DNA of 32,000 nt. Source: Bacterioplanes sanyensis (GTDB taxonomy: Bacteria > Pseudomonadota > Gammaproteobacteria > Pseudomonadales > Oceanobacteraceae). The translations under genes were made by a program, and so were the position numbers. The notes below the pieces were generated by a model. It saw only the letters and a list, made by a program, of their open reading frames with translations. It did not search any database and was not told the origin of the DNA. Below, in pieces: positions 9,100-17,481 of the stretch. The stretch lies in assembly GCF_002237535.1 (NCBI RefSeq), contig NZ_CP022530.1:1887248-1919247 (forward strand). The letters run 5' to 3'. Within the stretch, counting starts at the first letter, position 1. Every line of letters starts with the position of its first letter.

Positions 9100-10158
9100 T
9101 TAGAATGAAAAACGATACCCAAGGTAGGTATTGTGTGTATCGCCAGCGTCTTTGTTGTATTCAGAATACCCCAAGTAAACAAGCACCTTTTTATTCAGAT
9201 GGTACACGCCTTCAAATACCCAGCGGGATTTTCTAAGATCCACCCCCACTTCCGGCGAGTCTTCTCGTATGCCATAGCCAAAGGTGTAGCTAATGCGATT
9301 TACTCTGTACTTCATGTAAAGGTCTGCGATTTTAAAGTCCGCTTGCTCTACTCTGTAGCCGACCACGCAGGGGTTGAGATCGGCTCGCACATTGGAATCC
9401 GCAATAAACGAACTTTCTGTACCCACCTCCAGTTGCAAGCCAATGTGCAGAGGGGGAGTTTTGTAGGCCACACCCAACGACGTTTCCGCCGTTTTCGCTC
9501 CACAGTTTTCATACTTCGTTGCCATATGACCCGCAGCAAGTGACACGTTGGCGAATGTGACTTCGCCCATCGCGACATGTGCATCGAAATCTTGCTGATC
9601 TCGGCTTGGGTTATCCACATCCGTTCCATCAACGATGACGGCTGCTAGAAATGACAAATGGCCATGGTTAAAACCGTAAGACAGCGCATCGCCGATTCGC
9701 TTTGCATGAATCTGTGCCCATCCAGAGTTGCGATAAAACCTGTCCGCTTTGTAGGTTCGATGGATGGGATTTAGCTGACGTCCGATGATCAGCGTGCCGA
9801 AGGTATCACGAATGCCAGCATGGGCTTGTCGGACAACCAAGCTGGCGGAATCCTTACTGGATGTGCCGCTGGGCTCAAGTGGAGTGGCATCGTCATAAGT
9901 CGTTTCATCGTCGTTTCGATATTGCGCTTCTAGCCGGTAGAAGGCCGTTTGCTCCGGTGTGATGGCCATCTTGCCCTTGATGCCGAGATTATGACCTTCA
10001 TTATTGATGTTCATATCCCGGTATTTTTCCGCAATCAATGCAAGATGAATGCGGCCGTAGAAATGAGGCCTGCCGTCCAGCTGATTGTTAACAGAATGTG
10101 TCTGCGCAGTAAGTGATATCAGTACAAAAAAACAACACACTCTGTCGATATGATTCAT
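9100..10158 (-). CDS. Outer-membrane porin (Gram-negative general porin family)
   Basis: 352 aa with signal peptide MNHIDRVCCFFVLISLTAQTHS and alternating beta-strand pattern throughout. C-terminus YLGYRFSF ends in the terminal Phe typical of OMPs. FYGRIHLAL near the N-terminus is typical of porin_4-type proteins. Confidence 0.78.
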   Translation of the reverse strand: MNHIDRVCCFFVLISLTAQTHSVNNQLDGRPHFYGRIHLALIAEKYRDMNINNEGHNLGIKGKMAITPEQTAFYRLEAQYRNDDETTYDDATPLEPSGTSSKDSASLVVRQAHAGIRDTFGTLIIGRQLNPIHRTYKADRFYRNSGWAQIHAKRIGDALSYGFNHGHLSFLAAVIVDGTDVDNPSRDQQDFDAHVAMGEVTFANVSLAAGHMATKYENCGAKTAETSLGVAYKTPPLHIGLQLEVGTESSFIADSNVRADLNPCVVGYRVEQADFKIADLYMKYRVNRISYTFGYGIREDSPEVGVDLRKSRWVFEGVYHLNKKVLVYLGYSEYNKDAGDTHNTYLGYRFSF

Positions 10159-10394
10159 AGCAAAGTCAGCCGCTGCACTAGTGCTAGTATCAGGCTAGCT
10201 GTTCGACTGAAATAAGCAAACCCGTCATTTTGAGTCTTTATTGCAATTGCCAGTCAGTTGCAGTTGATTGTTTTAATTGTTTTTCTATGAGCCGAAAGAG
10301 GAAGAGTTGATACAATCAATTGATGAGCCAGTCGAAGCAGCTGAGGTTGATGTTTTGAATCAGTCCGTATCTGGCTTTCGAATAAATCGCTGAT

Positions 10395-10868
10395 TTATTC
10401 ATTTAAAAAATCCAGTAGTTCATCAAACGTCGCTGGCCCAAAACAAGGTATGCCATGCTGGCTTAATAATTCGGCTGTCAGCCCCTGACCTGGAATCAGA
10501 CGACCAGAAAACTCGCCGTCATAGATTTCACGGCTGCCGCAAGACGGTGAGCGGTCGGCCAATAATGCCGCAGCCACGTTGTGTTGTTGCGCCAGTGTCA
10601 GTGCCTTTTGCGCGCCGGATTCAAACGCAGCGGTAAAGTCCTGGCCGTCGCTGGCAATGACGTGGCCCAGACGAATTTCTGCCGCAGGCCTAGGCGTGGG
10701 AAGGCCGCCGGCCACTTCTGGGCAGATCACTACTACTCTGCGCTCGCTTTGCCAGCGTTGAATCACCGTTTGCAAGTGCGCGACTTTATCGTCATTAGCA
10801 CGGCCATCGTAACGAACCGGTTGTCCCATTAAGCACGCGCTGATGAGGATTTTTTTAGCTGAAGTCAT
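10395..10868 (-). CDS. DUF523 family protein (TudS-like 2-thiouracil desulfurase fold)
   Basis: ILISACLMGQPVRYDG...ICPEVAGGLPTPRPAAEI...ADRSPSCG gives the three-Cys DUF523 signature. The ATG at 10868 sits only 3 nt from the end of repeat copy 2. Confidence 0.85.
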   Translation of the reverse strand: MTSAKKILISACLMGQPVRYDGRANDDKVAHLQTVIQRWQSERRVVVICPEVAGGLPTPRPAAEIRLGHVIASDGQDFTAAFESGAQKALTLAQQHNVAAALLADRSPSCGSREIYDGEFSGRLIPGQGLTAELLSQHGIPCFGPATFDELLDFLNE

Positions 10869-10871
10869 GGT

Positions 10872-11139
10872 TTAGGGCCTATTAACACTATTTAGTTCTT
10901 TGCTGCTGGAAGTCAGTTTTTCTTGAGTAAGGCATGAGGCGTGTGGTTTTACCGGTTAAATAAGCAACGAATAACGCAACTCAGGGAAAATGGACGCCAG
11001 CCCTTCGGGGTATGGCTGAAAACCCCTCAATCTGTGTTGCTCATCTTTCATTTTACTCGTTAAATATCCCTCTTCGCGCCTTGGTTGAGTGGTTTTCAGC
11101 TCATAACAGCGTGATCGAAATAGTGTTAACAGGCCCTAG
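10872..11139 (+). mobile_element. MITE-like palindromic repeat element, copy 2 (268 bp, carries a nested insertion of about 86 bp)
   Basis: Termini are TTAGGGCCTATTAACAC (10872-10888) and GTGTTAACAGGCCCTAG (11123-11139). It is collinear with the reverse complement of copy 1, apart from extra sequence at about 11020-11105. That extra sequence is bounded by its own inverted repeat GCTGAAAACC (11015-11024) / GGTTTTCAGC (11091-11100). The 69-aa ORF at 11012-11221 here looks spurious. Confidence 0.75.
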
Positions 11140-11927
11140 CTCTTTTGACACAAGAGATGCACATAGCGACCCAAGCGTCGATACGGCTCTTTTAATCCGT
11201 ATTCTAAATCGGTTTGGTTGACTTGGTCCTGGCCGATACGTTGGCGAATTTTCTGGTGCATATGATCGTGAATGCAGCGAATACCGCGCCAGCGTTTGAT
11301 GGTCATGCCCAAGTCTTGCAGCGCTTGGCAAATCGCGTCTGGGTCCAGTGGATGCTGCGGCGCATTGCCCTGTTGGCGCAGACGTTCGCTGGCCGCCGTA
11401 GGCGCGTGTGTGCGGCCGTTCATAATCTGCCGCCATTGATGGCCGTGTAAGTTGTAAAACATCAACGATAACCAGCCGCCGGGCGCAACTTTTGATACCA
11501 ATATCGGCAAGGCGTCAAACGGCTGCTCCAGCCATTCTAACACCGCGTGATTTAATACCAGCGGATACTGCTGCGGGAAAAAATCATCAACCTGCTGTAA
11601 GCTGCCAAGCTGTGTCGTCAGTGGCAGGCCTGCGGCAATAAATTGATCACGTGCCAGGGCCAGCATTTCTTCAGACAGGTCCAACAGCGATACTTCCGCG
11701 CCATGCTGCGCCAGTTGCAAACTGAACTGACCTTGTCCACCACCGATGTCCAATATGGTTTGCCCGCTTGGTACAGCGCAATCAGCAAAGTCCTGGCTGA
11801 GCGCCAATAGCCTTAGTTGCCCGCGCGGTGTGGCGTAAATAGTGCGGCTAAAGCGCTGTGCTAAATCGTCGAAGTTGCGATCTGGCTGGGTATTGTTTGG
11901 GTCCGCCGTTGGCGGGCGAGTCGTCAT
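11136..11927 (-). CDS. cmoM: tRNA 5-carboxymethoxyuridine methyltransferase (SmtA/CmoM), class I SAM-dependent methyltransferase
   Basis: 263 aa. RNFDDLAQRFSRTIYATPRGQLR...ILDIGGGQGQFSLQLAQHGAEVSLLDLSEEML parallels E. coli SmtA/CmoM as I remember it (DRNFDDIAEKFSRNIYGTTKGQLR...VLDAGGGEGQ...CDLS..M), and the length is similar. The TAG stop (11136-11138) lies inside the terminal CTAG of repeat copy 2. Confidence 0.8.
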   Translation of the reverse strand: MTTRPPTADPNNTQPDRNFDDLAQRFSRTIYATPRGQLRLLALSQDFADCAVPSGQTILDIGGGQGQFSLQLAQHGAEVSLLDLSEEMLALARDQFIAAGLPLTTQLGSLQQVDDFFPQQYPLVLNHAVLEWLEQPFDALPILVSKVAPGGWLSLMFYNLHGHQWRQIMNGRTHAPTAASERLRQQGNAPQHPLDPDAICQALQDLGMTIKRWRGIRCIHDHMHQKIRQRIGQDQVNQTDLEYGLKEPYRRLGRYVHLLCQKS

Positions 11928-12441
11928 AACGGTGGAATCATCCGAGGTATTCGCATGTGGTTGGGTATTTGCTCTGTTACTGCTTCAATAACGGCCTTAG
12001 CGAAGGCCCAGGCCCAGCAAGGGTGTTGCTAACGCTGGTTTCACGCTGCAGCTGTAGGTGCTGATTTTACCTGCGAACGCTGGCGACTGTTAAGACTATC
12101 TGACTGGTCGCGTATCTAACCCTAAAAGCTAACGCCAAACATGCTCACACCCTGCACCACCAAACCTCTCGACCAGCCCCGGGTTTTGTACTCAATTGTT
12201 TCAAAGCTCCCCTATGGGTTGGCCGTAGAATTGTAGGCTGGTTAAACCCATCGCAATGGCTATTGAGCAGTGCTTTTGGTTCAGAGGACTGCAGCCGTTT
12301 ATCTAACATCAGGGCGGTGCAGTTTATGGCCTACTGCGTGATAGGCGGCTGCGTTGCTGATAGCCGATGCAGTAAAGTGCATCGTTCTTGCAGCTGAGCG
12401 TCTATACTCTGCTAGCCCTGTAGTTTGGATTGGAATCATGT

Positions 12442-13200
12442 ATGTCTGAGGGAATGGCCTCGGATACGGCCAACAACGCCGTTACCACCACACCCGTCTG
12501 TCCATTAGGAGAGGCGCAATGTCCTGTCATTGACGAGGTCATGCAGTTGCGCCAGCAAGTGCTGACTGACCCGCTCACTGGCCTGTACAACGTGCGTCAT
12601 TTTACTGCGGCGTTGGAGCAAGAGCTGGAGCGTACCGAACGCACTGGCATTGCTACCGCGCTGATGATGATCGATCTCGATCATTTTAAACGCATCAATG
12701 ACCAGTGGGGTCACGAGGTGGGCAATCGAGTATTGCGCGGCACCGCCGCCTGCATTCGTGAAAATACCCGGCGTCTGGATGTGCAGTGCCGTTATGGCGG
12801 TGAAGAATTTGCGGTGATTTTGCCATCCACCGAGCGCCGTTTGGCGATTCAGGTGGCCGAACGGGTGCGTTTGGCGTTGCAAGACGCCATGTTCTACGTC
12901 GATGACGACAGCGATCAAACCATTGATGTCACCGCCTCCATTGGCATTGCCTGGCACGGCATGGATCAGTGGCACAGCCAGCAAAGCTTGGTGGAAGAGG
13001 CCGATCAGTACTTGTATCAAGCCAAACAGCAGGGGCGGAATCGCGTTTGTTACGCCGATCAGGATGCCCATGCCGTGACGGTCAGCCAGGGCGAAAAAGC
13101 GCTACTGCACGATTTGTTTGTCGATGAAGATTCGCCAGATGACGCCAGTTTTGATGCTGGCGACGAGGCGGAGTGGGATTTCGATGGCCAAGGCAGTTAG
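12442..13200 (+). CDS. GGDEF-domain diguanylate cyclase (no recognisable sensor domain)
   Basis: DPLTGLYNVRHF...MIDLDHFKRINDQWGH.VGN..L...RYGGEEFAVILP, with an RxxD I-site (RRLD) five residues before GGEEF. It has a short N-terminus and an acidic C-terminal tail. The start is uncertain: track TTG 12430, ATG 12442 or ATG 12454. Confidence 0.88.
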   Translation: MSEGMASDTANNAVTTTPVCPLGEAQCPVIDEVMQLRQQVLTDPLTGLYNVRHFTAALEQELERTERTGIATALMMIDLDHFKRINDQWGHEVGNRVLRGTAACIRENTRRLDVQCRYGGEEFAVILPSTERRLAIQVAERVRLALQDAMFYVDDDSDQTIDVTASIGIAWHGMDQWHSQQSLVEEADQYLYQAKQQGRNRVCYADQDAHAVTVSQGEKALLHDLFVDEDSPDDASFDAGDEAEWDFDGQGS

Positions 13201-13344
13201 CGCAATACGCGAGCTACGTCTGGCCTAGGCCGCAGTGGCGGGCCTCCGTCACGATCTTCAGTTGCCAGCCTAGAGCCGTTATGAACTTACGGCGCTATCA
13301 CTAGAGAGCTGTCAGCTAATACAGCACGTACTGCCCGAGACCGG

Positions 13345-14343
13345 TTACGACGTTACTGCGGCCAACAACTCAGGCCCGGACATTCCGGTAGGCCGCTTCC
13401 CCTGTTCCACCGCCCACATCAGCCGCGCCAAAGCATGATTGACGGGCGTGGCTATGCCTTCTTGTTCGCCCTCGCTGGCCACGGCGCCGTTTAAAAACAA
13501 AATTTCGGTCGGACGGCCGTGCTGGATGTCTTCCCACATGGAGGAACGCGCTTCAGGGTCGATGGCCAGCATGCGCTTTGCCAAACGTTTAAACAGCCAA
13601 TCTGGCACATTCATCAACTTGGGCAGCCATGTGGCTGGAAGGGCCGTCAGCTGGGCCAGTTCAATGCCTTTCGCTTGGGCAACGTCAACCAGTTCCTGCA
13701 TGGCCATGGCCAGAACGCGGCGATAAGCGCGCTGTTCGAGTTGGGCTTTTAACGGCAAGTCGGACAGTGCGTTAATCACGTTGTTGAGGTTGAGCTGCAG
13801 TTTGGCCCAAGCAATGCGATCAAACTCACTGTTCAGTTCACATGCAATGCCTTGTCGCTGCCAGGCGTGTTGAATGGGCATTAGCAGCGGGTCGTGCTCC
13901 ATATGCACATCGCCCTCGGTAGCGCGATGAAAATGGGCACCATCGCCAACCACGTTAAAGCCCACAATGCCGCGCAGTATTTTTAGCCCCTGGCATTGCT
14001 GGCGCACGGCAAGATCACTGCCCAAACCGTTTTGCAAACACACTACACGAGTGGCGGGGCGGCAGTAGTTGGCCAGTTGCTGCGCCGCATCTTCCATCGC
14101 CAAGCACTTCAGCGTAACCAATACGATATCGGCCTGTGCCAGCACTTTGGGGTCGGTGTGGTAGGGCACATCCGTGACGCGTTGCTGAGCACCCTGATAG
14201 TCGCTCAGCTCGATGGCACCGTGTTGCTCTAACACCTGTTGCAGACGCTCGCGCCCCAACAGCACACTATCTAACCCAGCGCTGTGCAGGCTGGCACCAA
14301 GATAACAGCCGATGGAACCGGCACCATAAACCACAATTCGCAT
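13345..14343 (-). CDS. 2-dehydropantoate 2-reductase family (ApbA/PanE-like ketopantoate reductase)
   Basis: MRIVVYGAGSIGCYLGASL gives the N-terminal Rossmann GxGxxG. Length is about 330 aa, and the C-terminal domain carries S.W.D...GR.TE...LNG, typical of PanE. I moved the start from 14580 to ATG 14343, which has GGGGAAG upstream. Confidence 0.8.
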   Translation of the reverse strand: MRIVVYGAGSIGCYLGASLHSAGLDSVLLGRERLQQVLEQHGAIELSDYQGAQQRVTDVPYHTDPKVLAQADIVLVTLKCLAMEDAAQQLANYCRPATRVVCLQNGLGSDLAVRQQCQGLKILRGIVGFNVVGDGAHFHRATEGDVHMEHDPLLMPIQHAWQRQGIACELNSEFDRIAWAKLQLNLNNVINALSDLPLKAQLEQRAYRRVLAMAMQELVDVAQAKGIELAQLTALPATWLPKLMNVPDWLFKRLAKRMLAIDPEARSSMWEDIQHGRPTEILFLNGAVASEGEQEGIATPVNHALARLMWAVEQGKRPTGMSGPELLAAVTS

Positions 14344-14504
14344 GAACTTCCCCAGACTGAGAGCGGCTGCCAGTGTTGCGGATTTTGTCAGTGGCGACAA
14401 GCGCATCATGAGTGACAAAACGTTACAGTCGTCGCTATTGTGTTGTCGCAGTGCTGTTCGTACTGTACCTCTCCTGATAAAAATAAAACTAAAGAGGCAG
14501 AGCC

Positions 14505-16139
14505 ATGATGCAAGGTCTGATGATGGACCGTCCGTTGCTGATCTCCAGCTTGTTGGAGCATGCGGAGTCCACCCACCCAAATAGTGAGATTGTTAGCCGC
14601 CGCTGTGAGGGCGATATTCATCGCTACCAAATGCGCGATGCTGCGCGTCGCTCACGCCAGCTCGCCAATGTGCTGCGCAGCCTGGATATTCAACCCGGTG
14701 ATCGCATTGCCACTCTGGCCTGGAACGGCTATCGCCACTTTGAGCTGTATTTTGGCGTGTCGGGTTACGGTGCCGTGTTACACACCATTAATCCGCGTTT
14801 GTTTGCCGAGCAGTTGGTGTACATCATCAACCACGCTGAAGATCGCTATATTTTTGTCGATTTAACCTTTGTACCTTTGTTGGAAGCGATCCAAGACAAA
14901 ATCAATGCAGTGGAAGGCATTATCGTGATGTGCGATGCCGACCATATGCCAGAAACTTCGCTCACCAATGTGCACTGTTACGAAACTCTGTTAGCACAGC
15001 AATCGGACGATTTCAGTTGGCCGCAGTTTGATGAGCGCAGCGCTGCCAGCATGTGTTACACCTCAGGCACCACTGGCAACCCAAAGGGTGTGCTCTACAG
15101 CCACCGCTCCACTGTTATTCATGCCATGGGCTCCATTGGTGAAGAAGCCCTGGGGCTGGCCTCGACCTCGTGTTTCCTGCCGGTGGTACCGATGTTCCAC
15201 GTTAATGCTTGGGGCACTCCGTACTCCGCTGCCATTACCGGTGCCAAGCAGGTATTTCCAGGCCCAGGTATGGACGGCGCTTCGCTGTGGGAGTTGATTG
15301 ATACCGAACAGCCAGATTTGTTGCTGGGCGTACCAACGGTGTGGCTGATGCTGCTGAACCATATGGATGCCATTGGCAAAACCTTGGAGTCGGTGCAAAA
15401 CGTGGTGGTGGGCGGTGCCGCAGCGCCATACTCGATGATCAAAGCATTTCAGGAAAAGCACGATGCGTTTTTAATTCATGCCTGGGGCATGACGGAAATG
15501 AGCCCCATTGGCACCGTTAATTCCTACAACGCCGTGATGGCATCCTTACCATTGGAGCAGCGCTATCAACTGCAGCTGAAGCAAGGTCGCCCGATTTATG
15601 GCGTGGAGATGAAAATTATTGACGACAAAGGTGAGTCGTTGCCGCACGATGGCGTTGCCTTTGGTCGTCTGCTGGTACGTGGACCGTGGATCGTCAGCAG
15701 TTATTACAAGCATGACGACAACAGCAGCTTTATTGATGGTTGGTTCGATACCGGCGATGTTGCCACCATCGATGAAAACAACTACCTCAATATTGTCGAC
15801 CGCTCAAAAGACGTGATTAAGTCCGGTGGCGAATGGATCAGCTCCATTGATTTAGAAAATGCCGCAGTGGGCCACCCTGATTTGGTGGAGTGCTGCGTGA
15901 TTGGCGCTCGCCATGAAAAATGGGATGAGCGCCCATTGTTGCTGGCGGTACGCAAGGAAGGAAGCTGGGTCAGTGAAGACGACATTCGCCAGTTCCTCAG
16001 CGACAAAATCGCCAAATGGTGGATGCCCGATGCCATCGTGTTTGTTGACGAGTTGCCGCACACGGCCACCGGCAAGTTGCTGAAAATTAACCTGCGCAAA
16101 CAGTACGAGAACTATCTGCTGGAGCAAACGCCAGCCTAA
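14505..16139 (+). CDS. AMP-dependent acyl-CoA synthetase / fatty-acid--CoA ligase
   Basis: 544 aa. AMP-binding motif [12 protein letters not shown], then GWFDTGD and [10 protein letters not shown], and a terminal TATGK. N-terminus [20 protein letters not shown] is typical of this ligase subfamily. SD AAGAGG lies upstream of the ATG. Confidence 0.92.
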   Translation: MMQGLMMDRPLLISSLLEHAESTHPNSEIVSRRCEGDIHRYQMRDAARRSRQLANVLRSLDIQPGDRIATLAWNGYRHFELYFGVSGYGAVLHTINPRLFAEQLVYIINHAEDRYIFVDLTFVPLLEAIQDKINAVEGIIVMCDADHMPETSLTNVHCYETLLAQQSDDFSWPQFDERSAASMCYTSGTTGNPKGVLYSHRSTVIHAMGSIGEEALGLASTSCFLPVVPMFHVNAWGTPYSAAITGAKQVFPGPGMDGASLWELIDTEQPDLLLGVPTVWLMLLNHMDAIGKTLESVQNVVVGGAAAPYSMIKAFQEKHDAFLIHAWGMTEMSPIGTVNSYNAVMASLPLEQRYQLQLKQGRPIYGVEMKIIDDKGESLPHDGVAFGRLLVRGPWIVSSYYKHDDNSSFIDGWFDTGDVATIDENNYLNIVDRSKDVIKSGGEWISSIDLENAAVGHPDLVECCVIGARHEKWDERPLLLAVRKEGSWVSEDDIRQFLSDKIAKWWMPDAIVFVDELPHTATGKLLKINLRKQYENYLLEQTPA

Positions 16140-16168
16140 CCCCCAGTGCCGGGGTAAACCCGGCACGG

Positions 16169-16217
16169 CAGCATTCGCGCAGCGCTCTGTTCAGCTAGCG
16201 AATGCTGTATCTTTATT
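16169..16217 (+). terminator. Putative terminator between convergent genes
   Basis: 10-bp stem CAGCATTCGC (16169-16178) / GCGAATGCTG (16198-16207) followed by TATCTTTATT. A second GC hairpin, GTGCCGGG-GTAAA-CCCGGCAC, lies at 16146-16166 without a U-tract. Confidence 0.5.
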
Positions 16218-17241
16218 GCGCGTCGCAGTGCATGCCACCACCAAATTCCAGTGCGCCCTGGGCGAAATGAGCTTGCTGCTTGAGCTGGCCAAATTTGTAC
16301 AGCTCCACTTGAATGTCGGCGTTCATGGTTTTGGCAGATGGGTACTCTGCATTAAAGACGTCTATCGATGGCAAGGTCGAATCCTCAAAATCGGCCGTGT
16401 CCGCAGCGGCGTGAATGCGCATTTCCTTGTCAAAGCTCTTTAGTTGAATATCGAGTTTGCCTTCGCAGGGTGACAAGGTTCTGGTGACGGTCAGGCCGGC
16501 AATAGATGGCAAAAACGTCATTTTGTGCTCAGTGGAATGAAACTGACCGGCCCACATCTCGATGGCAAATCCTTCATCTGAACCACCAGCCAACATCAGT
16601 TGTTGATCAGCTTCAGTGGCCATGACGAAGGCGTAGTTGGTGGCTTGACTGGTGCTCCAACCTTTATCGATATAAGTAGAGGCGGTGCCTTGATGCTGCG
16701 CATAGTCGGCACTAAACGTGTAACGTGCCGGGGTGGCCAGGCTAAAAACAAACCAGCGATTGGCGACATTGGGCAAAGACGTTAATAAACTGTAGGGGCT
16801 GGCGCCTTTATTCAATCGCCAGTAGTGCTGATGCGGCCCGACTAAATCGGATGAAAAGGAGAAGTCTTCGGTGTTGATACGAATAGAGGACTCATCCATT
16901 TCGGCAACCCCTGGGATGCTGAAACGAAAACCGTAGGTACTGTCTTTTGCTTCGACCTGAACATCGTCGTACAGGTAATCGTAAGTGCGGATCTCGCCCT
17001 GGATTGGTGTGTACACCAAGTGCAAATAACCACGCTCTTTCAGTTCGGGGTCGTTCGCATAAATGAACGTTTGCAGGCTGATTTTAAAATAGCCCACCTG
17101 AGGGTCATTAAAATAATAGAACCACTGCTCATTCCAAGGCTTTCCGCTAGGAGTGTGTGGTTTTAAATCCGCCAGTGTGGTGGCCATAGAAGGCATGCTG
17201 ATAAGCACTAAAATGACGATGGTGTGTATCCGGTTTGCCAT
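16213..17241 (-). CDS. Secreted protein, possibly tocopherol-cyclase-like fold (function unknown)
   Basis: 342 aa with signal peptide MANRIHTIVILVLISMPSMATT. Three motifs parallel cyanobacterial or plant tocopherol cyclase as I remember it. PHTPSGKPWNEQWFYYF resembles PHSGYHW...FFEGWYV. YIDKGWSTSQATNYAFV resembles AEKNWG.SFP..WFW. C-terminal GALEFGGG resembles AGLEVGG. The CDS is solid; the family assignment is tentative. Confidence 0.5.
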   Translation of the reverse strand: MANRIHTIVILVLISMPSMATTLADLKPHTPSGKPWNEQWFYYFNDPQVGYFKISLQTFIYANDPELKERGYLHLVYTPIQGEIRTYDYLYDDVQVEAKDSTYGFRFSIPGVAEMDESSIRINTEDFSFSSDLVGPHQHYWRLNKGASPYSLLTSLPNVANRWFVFSLATPARYTFSADYAQHQGTASTYIDKGWSTSQATNYAFVMATEADQQLMLAGGSDEGFAIEMWAGQFHSTEHKMTFLPSIAGLTVTRTLSPCEGKLDIQLKSFDKEMRIHAAADTADFEDSTLPSIDVFNAEYPSAKTMNADIQVELYKFGQLKQQAHFAQGALEFGGGMHCDAQ

Positions 17242-17446
17242 GGTGATGTCCTTGTTATTCAGGTTTCAATGCTTGGGTGATAGTTAATTGCGGCCAATAG
17301 GTAAGTTTGTTAAAGAGAAACCTTAATGTTGATATGAACGAGTATCGTGGGCGATAGATCACAATGGGTCTGTCGCAGCTATCGGCGACATTCGTTGTAC
17401 GTTTAAACTTTGATGTTTTCGTTGCTGGCATTCTTTTTGATATGAA

Positions 17447-17468
17447 AAGGGCCGATAAATCGGCCCTT
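17447..17468 (-). terminator. GC-rich hairpin just downstream of the FAD-oxidase stop (possible terminator or processing site)
   Basis: AAGGGCCGA-TAAA-TCGGCCCTT, a perfect 9-bp stem, lies 14 nt from the stop at 17482. On the minus strand it lacks a clean U-tract, so terminator function is uncertain. Confidence 0.4.
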
Positions 17469-17481
17469 AATCTGATTAAAG

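Noticed and set aside
11012-11221. 69-aa plus-strand ORF spanning the nested insertion of repeat copy 2 and the 3' end of cmoM
   Set aside because: It has no SD and no motifs, it overlaps the cmoM coding region in antisense, and it starts within repetitive non-coding DNA. It is most likely spurious.
12442-13200. GGDEF protein with no sensor domain and an acidic tail, considered as an unusual signalling module
   Set aside because: Stand-alone GGDEF proteins with intact GGEEF and RxxD I-site are common. Nothing in the sequence or its neighbours suggests a novel arrangement.
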